From Octopus bimaculoides (taxonomy: Eukaryota), in the NCBI RefSeq assembly GCF_001194135.2, contig NC_068994.1, positions 54,539,431 to 54,586,475 of the forward strand: a stretch of DNA of 47,045 nucleotides, read 5' to 3'. The position numbers and the translations under genes are program-made. The notes under the pieces are model-generated. The model worked only from the letters and a program-made list of their open reading frames with translations. It ran no database searches and was not told the DNA's origin. The stretch's first letter is position 1; every line of letters starts with the position of its first letter. Of the stretch, positions 25,170 through 36,580 are shown in pieces.

Positions 25170-25770
25170 AATCATGTTATACACGAGCAGGAGATTGCTG
25201 AAAAATATCTTATCAATAAAAGAGAGAATGAAGCCCTCGGAGCACTGAGACGCTACCGAAAATATCAATTAGGTTGCATTTCTGTGGAACACATCACACG
25301 TGATCAGCAACGACCTAAAAATGTCGTCACGTTACTACATCCCAACGCAACATGGCGTTGATGCAGAAACAATATGCAGTGTCATCGTCAGCCCAAAAGA
25401 CGACGCTAAAATAAATACAGAGTCTCTTCCTGTTATGGAATACATACACAAACAGCAACGCAAAAAATATCAGCGGAACATTTCCATCAAAACTTCTGTC
25501 ATGTGAAAAATTAAGGATATAATTGTTTAGAACAAACAAGAAAAAGTATGTACCATCATGTACCATCATGGAGGTCAGCTGCCCAGTTGATGTGAATATC
25601 TCTTCGAAAATCAAACACAAAGAGAAAAACGATGGACAACGATGGACAACTATTTCGAAATCTATATCCGGATTGTAAATTCACAATTAATCCAATAATA
25701 ACTGATGCATTTGGTTTTGTGAGAAAATATCGAAGTGACAATCTGGAAAAGCTAAGGTTACAGGTAAAGA
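25170..25770 (+). pseudogene. RLE-type non-LTR retrotransposon (R4/Dong- or NeSL-like), C-terminal fossil
   Basis: IHEQEIAEKYLINKR (25179), VIS..KMSSRYYIP (degenerate zinc-knuckle region), NISIKTSV, CTIMEVSCPVDVNI (endonuclease E motif), LYPDCKFTINPIITDAFGFV; multiple stops and frameshifts. Confidence 0.8.
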
Positions 25771-26120
25771 AATTTACTAATTAACAGGTACATTTCAAAT
25801 ATAATCTGTAAGCAGAACAATATAAATATGCAAGTCTTTTCTCAAGATCAGTACGTGGTATTGTTTTTGTTATCTACATTCAAACTGTGGAGATTTATAA
25901 TCTTTGTAAGAAAGCAACATCTTCCTTACAGGAAAGCTTGAAATAATTCAAAATAAAAGAGAACACACACACACACACACACACACACTGGTGCATACAT
26001 ACATACATACATACACGCACATATATACATATGTATGTACAAAACACACACACGTACGCAAAAATACACACACATACACATTACACGCATACATTAGGTA
26101 AACACATATGTCGCCCGAAA

Positions 26121-26194
26121 CGCACGCACAGGCGCGCGCACGCACAGGCGCGCGCACGCACAGGCGCGCGCACGCACAGGCGCGCGCACGCACA
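26121..26194. repeat. 16-bp CpG-rich minisatellite, 4.6 copies
   Basis: (CGCACGCACAGGCGCG)4 plus a partial unit. Confidence 0.95.
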
Positions 26195-26398
26195 CACTTA
26201 GCTAAATCTGTATCTAATCTCTTCGTGATTTTCCTCCTGTCATGCATTCCTCATCGGTGTTCCAGTCAATCGCATTAATTCTTTCCGTCTTCACAATACC
26301 CGTATATCGCTCGTTTTAGACTCACTTGTTCAGCACTTCCATACCCGTATTTACAAGCACGCAGAACTCACAAACATCTCATCACACAGTCACAAGGC

Positions 26399-26429
<31 letters not shown>

Positions 26430-27453
26430 GTACATACATACGTACGCAAATACATACATACGTACATACATACATACGTACATACATACATACATGCACA
26501 CATACATACACACATACATACATACACATACATACATACACACACATACATACACACACATACATACATACGAACATACATACACACACATACATACATA
26601 CACATACGCATACACACATGCACATACATACACACATACATACGCATATAATCTCAGTTTTAGTTTTACGAAATTACTAGCTGTATATATGTATGTGTAT
26701 ATATCTGTATATATGGATGTACGTATATACGTATGTGCGCGTATCTATGCATGTACATATGCATGTGCATATTCATATATTTGTATGCATGTGTGTGCGT
26801 GTATGAATACATGTGTGCACAAGCATATATATGTACGCATATATGTCTGTGTATACGAATGCAAGCACATGGGCGTGCTCGTGTTAATCCCAGTATCCTC
26901 TATCAATGCATCAATTTATCCGTTATTCTGTCTACCAATTCGTTAAGCTTTCATTCATTCATTCATTCATTCATTCATTCACTCTCTCTCTCTCTCTGAT
27001 GACGGACACGCTTTCATATAGACAGACATAGTGACACAGATAGATAAACAGACACAGAAAAGGACCCTCACGCATTTATATTCATACACACAGGTAAGCA
27101 GACAATACATTTTTTTTATAGCAGCACTAATAAATCTACTTAACTCTACATCTGTTCGCGCACGCACAATGGCTGGATATATTTATATATATATGGATAA
27201 GAGAGAGAGAGGGCGAGAGGTATCGGGGATAATGGTGTTACATTGTGAGCCAAAAAAGAACATATTTTCCGGTAATGATGTAAATATGCAGCTCGCGACT
27301 GTTGAACGAGGGTGGATGACAACTGGAAGGAAGCGTGGTAATGCAGGAAGATGCTGAAATCGTTCTTAACACCAGTAAACTGGTGATAATGAGAACGTCC
27401 ATCCCACATCCCACAGCGAAGGCTACATATGTGCGTGTGTTTGCGTGTATGTA

Positions 27454-28345
27454 TATATATACTGTCTCGAAAGTAATGACAGCCTTTGGGAAAGAGGCAG
27501 AAACCTCCTCGTCGAAACAAAACCAAAACTTTCAGATAGGGACCGTCGGAACCTTGCGCGAATTGTTAGAAAGGGTGACAAAAGTACAGATCCCAAAATT
27601 ACTGCAGAGGTTAATGACCACCTCGAGAACCCAGTTTCCACAAAAACTGTTCGCCAGGAGATGCGCAAAGCCAGACTTCACGGGAGAGCTGCAATCAGAA
27701 AACTACTACTTTCAAAAACAAACGTTGCAAAGCGTTTAGAATGGAGTAAAAACCTACGGAATTGGTCCCTAGAACAGTGGAAGGATGTTATTTTCTCGGA
27801 CGAATCATCCTTTACCTTATTTCCAAACACCGACCGAGTATACATGTGGAGACAGCCAAAAGAAGCATTTGACCCAGACTGCCTTCCTCCAACTGTTAAG
27901 CATGGAGGAGGATCTGTGATGATCTGGGGCGCTATATCTTGGAAATCCGCCGGCCCAATGGTTTCCCTTCATAGCAGAATTAATAGTCAAGACTATTTAA
28001 GCATTTTATCTGATCAAATTCATCCTATGCAATCTTTCAGGATGATAATGCATCAATTCACACAGCGAAAGTTGTTACTGAATGGCACGCGGAACATTCT
28101 AGTGAAGTTGAACATCTTATCTGGCCACCACAGTCCCCATATCTCAATATTATTGAACATTTATGGTGCATTTTAGAAAATGCAAGTAAGGAGTTGATAT
28201 CCTCCACCATCATCACTACAAGAACTGGAGACTGTTTTAGCTGAAGAATGGACAAAAATTCCTTTGGAAACAATTCAAACTTTGAACGAATCCACAGCTC
28301 GTAGAATTCAAGCTGTAATTACTGCCAAAGGCGGTCCTACCCCAT
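27454..28345 (+). pseudogene. Tc1-family transposase pseudogene with DD36E catalytic spacing (Incomer-like)
   Basis: TVSKVMTAF..., PKLSDRDRR..., W..VIFSDES (D at 27799), PTVKHGGGSVMIWG, FQDDNASIH (D at 28044), WPPQSPYLNIIEHLW (E at 28155), RRIQAVITAKGGPTP. Frameshifts near 27525, 28030 and 28180, plus an in-frame TGA. 5' truncated; the 3' end lies in a gap. Confidence 0.95.
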
Positions 28346-29009
28346 NNNNNNNNNNNNNNNNNNNNNNNNNNNNNNNNNNNNNNNNNNNNNNNNNNNNNNN
28401 NNNNNNNNNNNNNNNNNNNNNNNNNNNNNNNNNNNNNNNNNNNNNNNNNNNNNNNNNNNNNNNNNNNNNNNNNNNNNNNNNNNNNNNNNNNNNNNNNNNN
28501 NNNNNNNNNNNNNNNNNNNNNNNNNNNNNNNNNNNNNNNNNNNNNNNNNNNNNNNNNNNNNNNNNNNNNNNNNNNNNNNNNNNNNNNNNNNNNNNNNNNN
28601 NNNNNNNNNNNNNNNNNNNNNNNNNNNNNNNNNNNNNNNNNNNNNNNNNNNNNNNNNNNNNNNNNNNNNNNNNNNNNNNNNNNNNNNNNNNNNNNNNNNN
28701 NNNNNNNNNNNNNNNNNNNNNNNNNNNNNNNNNNNNNNNNNNNNNNNNNNNNNNNNNNNNNNNNNNNNNNNNNNNNNNNNNNNNNNNNNNNNNNNNNNNN
28801 NNNNNNNNNNNNNNNNNNNNNNNNNNNNNNNNNNNNNNNNNNNNNNNNNNNNNNNNNNNNNNNNNNNNNNGGGTGGGTGGGGGTGTTTTAATTACTAAAA
28901 ATAAAGCCACAATGAAATATTGCAGACGATATTATAAATAATCACTCTTCGCGCCACCCGGCAGAATCTGTGATCTTGTGTTTAAGCTGGAAAGCATTGT
29001 GAACATAGC

Positions 29010-29092
29010 TGCCGCTGCTGCCGCTGCTGCCGCTGCTGCCGCTGCTGCTCTTGCTGTGACGGCTGCTACTACTGCTGCTGCTGCTGCTGCCG
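29010..29092. repeat. GCT/GCC triplet repeat
   Basis: (GCTGCC/GCTGCT)n; reads as poly-Ala or poly-Ser depending on strand and frame. Confidence 0.85.
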
Positions 29093-29724
29093 TTGGTTTT
29101 GTATTGAAAGCAGCTGCAGCGTTTAAGTACGCACACTTGATCATAGCAGCTAATACAAGTTGACACATGCGCAGAATTTTCGATATTCTTGACGTTGAAG
29201 TATCTAGGAGAAGCCGCTACATGTGATCGTTCCACGTGCTAGAAATAGCAACGAAATTTTTCGCAGACCTTCATACGGTACCTTCCACTCTTTAAAAAAA
29301 AAAGTGCGAGAGTGAAACGAAAAAGAAAGAAACAGTGAAGGTCTTGGTCGTTTATGAAAACGAAACGAATAAAAATAAAGCTGGAACGTCATGGCTGGAA
29401 CTTTCTTGTAACTATACGACTCCTCGATCAGGGCCGGCTTGACGGGGAGGGGAGGGGCTAAATAACAACAGAAGCAAATTCCTGTTTTAGTGCTATATTA
29501 GTTTGACTATTCTAAAGTAAGCAAATGGATCTTCGTCGGTGTCGGTGATGAGGAAACTGGTCTTTGATCAACTAAATTACCTGCTCGTTAAATATGTATA
29601 TTTGTGGCCGAGCATTCCACAGAGACATGTACACTTATCGAAATTCTCAGATAGAATCGATCAGCCAAAACACATTTTGTGTGTTCAAAGGTCAACAAGG
29701 CTTGACCTTTCAAATTAGAAACAC

Positions 29725-29896
29725 AAGCCGTCCAACGAGCTTCCACACAGTTTCCATTTACCGAGTTTCACTCACAAGGCTTGGCTTGGTCGAAACAGTG
29801 TTTAAAGGTATTTTATCGAGGAAGCCAAGCCTTGGGATTGAACCCAGAATCTTGTGATTATGAAGCGAAATTTTTAACCAATCGGTTATTTTGCTA

Positions 29897-29928
<32 letters not shown>

Positions 29929-30250
29929 GATACAGGCGTGGCTGCGAGGGGAGACGTCTGCTGCCAAACTACTCGGTCGAAGGTTCTGTAACGCCTTGGG
30001 CAAGTGCCTTCTGCTATAGCCTCGGGTCCAACAAACCCTTGTGAGTGAATTTGGTGGACAGAAACTGAAAGAAACTGTCGTGTATGTGTGTGTGTTTGTC
30101 CCCTCCCTGCTGCTTGACAACCGGTGCTAGTTTCTTTACATCCTCGTAACATAGCGGTTAGGCAAAAGACACCGGTAGAATAAGTACAAAGTCTAAAAAA
30201 ATTTTTAAAAACTGAAAAAGAACTGGGGTCAATTCATTCGACTAAAAATA
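29725..30250. mobile_element. Head-to-head pair of SINE family A copies (- 29725-29882; + 29932-30250)
   Basis: GAGCTTCCACACAGTTTCC...CTCACAAGGC (minus copy) and CCTTGGGCAAGTGCCTTCTGCTATAGCCTCGGG...GAAACTGAAAGAAAC plus 3' module (plus copy). Confidence 0.75.
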
Positions 30251-30364
30251 CTTCAGAAATTTTCTTAGGGGGTGCAAACCCGAGTCCAAAAGTTTTCACA
30301 AACAAGGTCGATTTTTTTTTTTTCTTTTTCAGTCTTAATATAAAACAAACAAAGACACAATAAT

Positions 30365-30765
30365 CCATTCTACAGGCACAGGGCCTGAAATATGTGGGAG
30401 AGAGTCAGTCGATTACAGCGAATCACAGTACTCAATTTGTACTTATTTTATCGATCCTGAGAGGATGAAAGGGAAAGTCAACCGCGGCAGCGTTTACACT
30501 CAGAACGTAAAGACAGGTAAAATGCTTAATGGCATTTTGCCCGGCGTGCTAACGATTCTTTTCTACTCTAAGTACAAGGCCCGAAATTTTGGGGGAGGAG
30601 GCCAGTCGATTAGATCGACCTCAGTACACAACCCGTACTTAATTTATTGACCCTGAAAGGATGAAAGGCAAAATCAACCTCAACAGAATTTGAACTCAGA
30701 ACGTAAAGACAAACGAAATACCGCTAAGCATTCCTTCCGGCGTGCTAACGTTTCTGCCAGCTCGC
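30365..30765 (-). mobile_element. Two tandem SINE family B copies
   Basis: Two successive GAAAGGATGAAAGG...CTCAGAACGTAAAGAC...GGCGTGCTAACG units with the junction near 30560. Confidence 0.85.
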
Positions 30766-31054
30766 TATCTAAAACACTGATACAATAATAATAGTAATTA
30801 TTATTATATTTGTACGTCAATCAAATCAGATGAATCCATAAGTGGAAAAATGATTTTTGAGACCAGTCTAGAAATGTTTTTACTCCCGTTCGTTTTAGCG
30901 AAAAAGTTTTTCAGGAGGATGTTCAAAGTGTTTTCATTGCTTTCCTCACCCAAGTTTTAAGGGTGGCTTGCACCCCGCTGCACACCCTGTTCCAAGCCAA
31001 TAAACCCTTTCCCTCATATGCCTAAATTAAAACTCAATATTCCTATGCATGGCT

Positions 31055-31380
31055 GCAGTTTGGCCGAATAATTAAGGAGTTCGTTTCGCAACCACGCGGC
31101 CCCAAGTTCCATTCCATTGTATGACATCTTGGGGAAACGTCATTTTTTTTTTTTTTAGTCTCGGAACCAAAATAAAGCAACAAGAAACTGTATAGAATCC
31201 CGTCGGCTGGATTATACCCGTAACTCTTTCAAAAACTAGCCTTGTTGCGCTGTGCCACTAATGATTCTGCTTATCGTATACATAAACGGCTGAGTCCGTG
31301 GAATGCTCAGCTATTTACAGGTTAATTCAGGAGCAGGTAATTCACATAATCTAACAATCGTTTACACATCGTCGAACAAC
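31055..31380 (+). mobile_element. SINE family A, diverged, alternative tail
   Basis: TTCGTTTCGCAACCACGCGG...GACATCTTGGGG...AAACTGTATAGAATCCCGTCGG...GTCCGTGGAATGCTCAGC. Confidence 0.55.
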
Positions 31381-31633
31381 GGAAATCCACCTTATCTATG
31401 CATATATTTATCTATTTACATGCATCTGTGTGCATGCGCATATCCATGCTGTTAATACATGTGTATATTTAATGCATGAGTGTGCATAAGAATCTATATG
31501 TATATGCACATATGTGCATAGATATAAATATGAGTGTATATGTTTATGTGTATGTGAGTGCATATGTGTATATTTATATATGTACATAGATGCAGGATAA
31601 TATAAGTGTATATGCGTGCATGCAACTGTATAC

Positions 31634-31682
<49 letters not shown>

Positions 31683-31867
31683 TATATCAGTGCATTACTA
31701 AATGTGTATACATTCTCATGTAAGAATGCGCATATGTATATCCGCTTTGATGAGCGCGCGTATATATATGTGTGAACAGACACAATATGTGCTGTATGTG
31801 ACATGTGACTACACTTATATAAACGCATATATAAACATATACACACATATATAAACACATATATAAT

Positions 31868-31930
<63 letters not shown>

Positions 31931-32137
31931 TATATACACTTGCATGCACACACATTTATAATTACAAAGAGAGAGAAAGAGAGACAGACAGACAAGTGGA
32001 CAACAAACAGGAAGATAGATATGCATATATGTATATATATGTATAGCTACCCCCACACACATGTACACAGGCACATACACACACACATATATATGTGTGT
32101 GTTTGTGTACATAAATATACAAGACAGCGCCAGTATA

Positions 32138-32172
<35 letters not shown>

Positions 32173-32269
32173 GTGTGTCTGCATAGAAGCATGCATCCAT
32201 GCATGCATACATAGGTGTGCATTACTGCATGCCATTCATGCATGCGTGCACATATGTTCGTGTCCAGGG

Positions 32270-32619
32270 GTGGGTTTAGCTGACGTCGTCATTATTTCTC
32301 CGCTATTAATTATTAAATTGCCATCAAGTGGTTATTCAGCCTCACTTAATGAAATCCTCATGCGACGCGCGCTCAATAGTGCACATGTATTATGCACACG
32401 AGCTTGCACGTACGAATATCTGCATGCGCCGGCGGCAGCGGTGAAGAGCGATGTGCTGTGGCGTCCACACAAGTGCAAGCAAACAAGTGAAAGAGTGCAG
32501 CTGAACGCAGAACGAGAATGCATCCGCCCACGCGAATATTGCATATCACGCAGAAACGTACATGTGTGCTAGACTACAGAGAAAGAGACAGAGAGATTCA
32601 CGTATGCGCGTGCATTTGC

Positions 32620-32659
<40 letters not shown>

Positions 32660-33160
32660 TGTATGTATGCATGTATGTATGTATGTATGTGTGTATTTAA
32701 ATATATATATTTATGTGTGTATGTGTGTACATATGTAAATATATTTATGTACATGATTACATACATGCATGCATTTAAGAATACATATTTGTATTCATAC
32801 ACACACACACACACATGTATTTGAATATATACACACACATACATATACATGTGATTAGAATATTGATATATGAATATATAGTATTAACTTTATCATATAT
32901 GTATGTATGTATGTATGTATCTATCTAATTTATCTCGACAATGAGTACTTTTATCCTTATATTGGTAAACTGAAATGCGCTGCCCTCGACACACGCGAAT
33001 GTATCCATGCATAACTGCGAAAGGTATTTACGTCTTCGAAAATATAACGAAATTAATCGGTGCGTCAAGCAGAATTCCTTTGTGGTCTTTTTCTCCTCGG
33101 CTGCCATAGTCACTCACCCTGTCATTCGGTCCACAGAGGGCGGAGCAATATGTAAACGTC
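32270..33160. promoter_or_regulatory. CpG-rich non-repetitive islands; candidate regulatory region or first exon of a minus-strand transcript
   Basis: CpG-dense 32270-32560 with clustered TAAT/ATTA motifs. GC box GGGCGGAG at 33138-33145. Consensus minus-strand donor CAGG|GTGAGT at 33118/33117. Confidence 0.3.
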
Positions 33161-33171
33161 TGATTATATAT

Positions 33172-33336
33172 TCTTTTCTACTCTAGGCATAAGACCCGAA
33201 ATTTTTGGGGACGGAGCCAGTCGATTGAATTGACCCCAGTTGGCAACTGGTACTTAATTTATCGACTCCGAAAGGATGAAAAGCAAACTCGAGCTCGGCG
33301 GAATTTGAACTCAGAACGTAAAGACAAACGAAATAC
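33172..33336 (-). mobile_element. SINE family B, 5' end lost into (TA)n/gap
   Basis: TTCTTTTCTACTCTAGGCATAAGACCCGAAATT...GAAAGGATGAAAAGCAAACTCGAGCTCGGCGGAATTTGAACTCAG. Confidence 0.85.
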
Positions 33337-33485
33337 GTATTATATATANNNNNNNNNNNNNNNNNNNNNNNNNNNNNNNNNNNNNNNNNNNNNNNNNNNN
33401 NNNNNNNNNNNNNNNNNNNNNNNNNNNNNNNNNNNNNNNNNNNNNNNNNNNNNNNNNNNNNNNNNNNNNNNNNNNNNNNNNNNNN

Positions 33486-33518
<33 letters not shown>

Positions 33519-33547
33519 GTATGCATGCATGTATGTATGTATGTATT

Positions 33548-33752
33548 TGTGTGTCTGTGGTTGTCCCCCCCCCACCATTGCCTGACAACCGATGCTGGTG
33601 CGTTTATGTTCCTCGTAACTTAGCGGTTCGGCAAAAGAGTACCAATCGAATAAGTACTTGGCTTACAAAGAATAAGTCCTGGAGTCGATTGTTTGACTAA
33701 AGTCGGTGCTCCAGCATGGCCACAGTCAAATGATTGAAACAAGTAAAAGAAT
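33548..33752 (+). mobile_element. SINE family A, 3' module (well preserved)
   Basis: TGACAACCGATGCTGGTG...GCGGTTCGGCAAAAGAG...AATAAGTCCTGGAGTCGATT...GCTCCAGCATGGCCACAGTCAAATGATTGAAACAAGTAAAAGA. Confidence 0.9.
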
Positions 33753-34017
33753 TGTGTTTAACATCTAAGAACAATAAACAAAAAGGATAACTCGACCCAG
33801 AGTAGCTAATCGGAATTTTGGGAAAAAGGCAATGAAGACGGAATTGAACCTTGAACCTTGACTTTAAAACCAACTGGAGCCATTTCTCTGCCATATCGTA
33901 TACTGTATATTTTCGTCTGACTGATTTTATTCTATGAATTCTGACATAGAGATAAGGGAATACCTTTTAGGAGGACGAGATTAACATCAATTGTATCTAA
34001 TTTGGTTATGGATGTAA

Positions 34018-34097
34018 ATGAGGTCGGTCGATCGATTGAATGAGGGATCGGTCGATCGATTGAATGAGGTATCGGTCGATCGATTGAATGACGGATC
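34018..34097. repeat. 22-24-bp minisatellite, about 3.5 copies
   Basis: ATGAGG(T/GA/TA)TCGGTCGATCGATTGA-like units; each contains the palindrome TCGATCGA. Confidence 0.9.
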
Positions 34098-34445
34098 CTC
34101 TACACTGTCGCACAACTTACGTGAAGCCTCCAAATCTTGCCTCAAATCCCTCCTTAAAAACTTAAGGATACAGTAGGCTGAAAATACTGTCCTTGATACA
34201 AGAGATGAAAATGAGAGGATGGCCGTCATCTGATCCCTTTTGACGAAGAGGCTACCTCAGTAACTGACAGCTTGTTTATCGAGGCTCCCTGGGTGATGAT
34301 AACAAGTCAACAGTGAACGCCACAACCAATATTCCTGACCATAACTCATAACTTCAGGTTCTAGCTTCTGGGCAAGTTCATGATGTCACAACTTTGACAG
34401 CTGTTTCGGTTCATGTTCGATCCTGAAGACCGGGCACACGTTCTA

Positions 34446-34802
34446 CAGCATTGGCCAAAGTTATGGAGCAGATATGAAAAAAAAAAAAAAAAGGAGAATA
34501 TGATTGAAACTCATTTACTTAATAATTGAAAACAGTATAATAAACATTCTAGAGTCTGTCCCATCAATAATTAATAATTAATGTGTCCTTTTGCTTTTAT
34601 TACCGTTTTTATGCCAACTTCGTCTCAAGTATGCAAAAACAAATAAAAGCGGTTATAAAAGCAAAAGGAGGACACATCAAATACTAATTATTTATAGAAT
34701 TTATTCTAGAATGTTTATATATTGTTTTCACTTATTAAATAAATGAGTTTCAATCATATTCTCTGTTTTTTCATACCTGCTTCACGATTTTGGTCAAGGC
34801 TT
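34446..34802. mobile_element. Tc1-derived fold-back MITE with TA TSD
   Basis: TA at 34444-34445 and 34803-34804; terminus CAGCATTGGCCAAAG is Tc1-like. The two arms of about 165 bp are inverted copies around a loop of about 28 nt. The right arm encodes FVSSMQKQIKAVIKAKGGHIKY* (34619-34687). Confidence 0.85.
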
Positions 34803-35269
34803 TATATACTCCGTCCAGGTCGATGAAACAGATCGTGCTACACGCCGGCCAGACTTTCTTTCAAATGTTCTTAAGAGAATCTATGGTAGAAACCCATATG
34901 TATCCTGTAAATGTTGGCAGTGTCTGTATATTCAATCCTATTAATTTTCACCCGACTTTCTTTGTCTATTAAAAGAAGTCTTATTTATTCAAAAATAATT
35001 TCTTGGGAGAAAAATCGGTGCTATTTCAATTACTAACAACAATTTTTTTCCTACTCCTCTTTAGAGAAAGCCAATTAAATTACCAGAAAAAGAAAAACCT
35101 GGTAAAAAGAAATGATAAAACTATACTCGTGTTAAAGAGAGATGAAGTAATGGGGGTAGATAGCCAAACACGCCGAAGTCATTTTTATTTTTTGTTGCGA
35201 AATGACACAAAGGTATATATATTTCAGAGGCGTAAATGGTAGTAATGGAATGAAGTTCAACAAAATGAT

Positions 35270-35690
35270 ACATTCTTAATTTCTGGAACAAGACCACCAA
35301 TTTTGAAAGGAGGGGCAAATCTATTACATCGTCATCAGTACTTCACTGGTACTTTATTGAATCGATTAGAAAAGAACGAAAAGGTAAGGTTGACCTCAGT
35401 AGGATATGTACTCAAATCGTAAAGAACCGGAACACTTACTGCAATGCCCTTTGCTTTTCTAAAGATGTCGCAAATCTAGCGCCCTTAAAAGGTATGCATT
35501 GGGACAAGGGTTGAAATATTGAAAGGTGCAAGTCTGGAAATGTTGACATGAAAACCTCATCTGTACTTTATTTTATTACTCTCAAAAGTATGAAAGGCAA
35601 AGTTGATCTCGGCGAAATCTGAACTTTGACCGTAAAGAGCCGGAACAAATAATGCAAGACAATTTGTCCGACGCTTCAATGATTCTACCA
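35270..35690 (-). mobile_element. Two degenerate SINE family B copies
   Basis: CTTCACTGGTACTTTATT...AAGGTTGACCTC and GTATGAAAGGCAAAGTTGATCTCGGCGAAATCTGAAC. Confidence 0.65.
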
Positions 35691-36580
35691 ATGTACCTGA
35701 CGGAAGACGAATTAATTGTAGAGGGCGCCAACCCGTTGCAACTACCAAAGCACGTACGACAAACGTAACGAGGGAAGAGTCTCAACGCAGACGCTTGGCC
35801 AGCTTGAAAAAAAAAACAAAAAACATCCAGTCCAAACTAGTCACACTTTATTTTTTTCTAAAGACACATTGATTAATGCAATCCTAGGTACATAATGCCT
35901 GAATAAAATTGCAAGTTAGACATGTCTAGACCACCTATGTTTATTTTTCTGCAAAGTCAATGCGGACTTGTGGTAGATAACAACACCCTACAAGGTATTT
36001 CATAGAACGAATAGAAACGTTTAAGAAAAAAATATTAGCTAAATCTCTCACAATTCATATTGTACAATTTTAAAGAAGAAAAGAAAAACAGGAAGGACAT
36101 ATAGGACATTATAGTTTGAGATGAACTTTTTCAGACAAAAAATAATAATAATATTCAGGAGGGTCAAAAATATAAAACAAATCTTTCATCGCTGGTTTGT
36201 TAGATCAAAAGTGGAACAAGAACAACAACAAAACTTGAAGGAGTTACGAACCAATTCTCTCAAGCTCTGTGAATGCAGCTGCACAGCTATTCCTCTTTAT
36301 ATGCACTCGTGCAGTATCATTAATCTAGTTTATCTAGTTCTGCATACCAGGTGACGATTACATTTTCTACAGGACGAGTAAGGGCTGAGCCTGTTGTCAG
36401 CCACAAACAGCGTCAGTTATGTATGTGACAGCATGTGACACATATTTTCTGATGCGCAAATAGCTGCACCGACTAAGCTGATGGCTGACACAGCTGTAGG
36501 TTAGAGAATTTGTACGCATGATATGTAGACACATACGTACATACATACATATACACATATATACATACAAACGTGTGAAA

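Noticed and set aside
36373-36377. TTTTCTACAG-GACGA-GTAAGG possible 5-nt microexon
   Set aside because: Expected by chance at this scale; frame-shifting; no other + strand exons support it.
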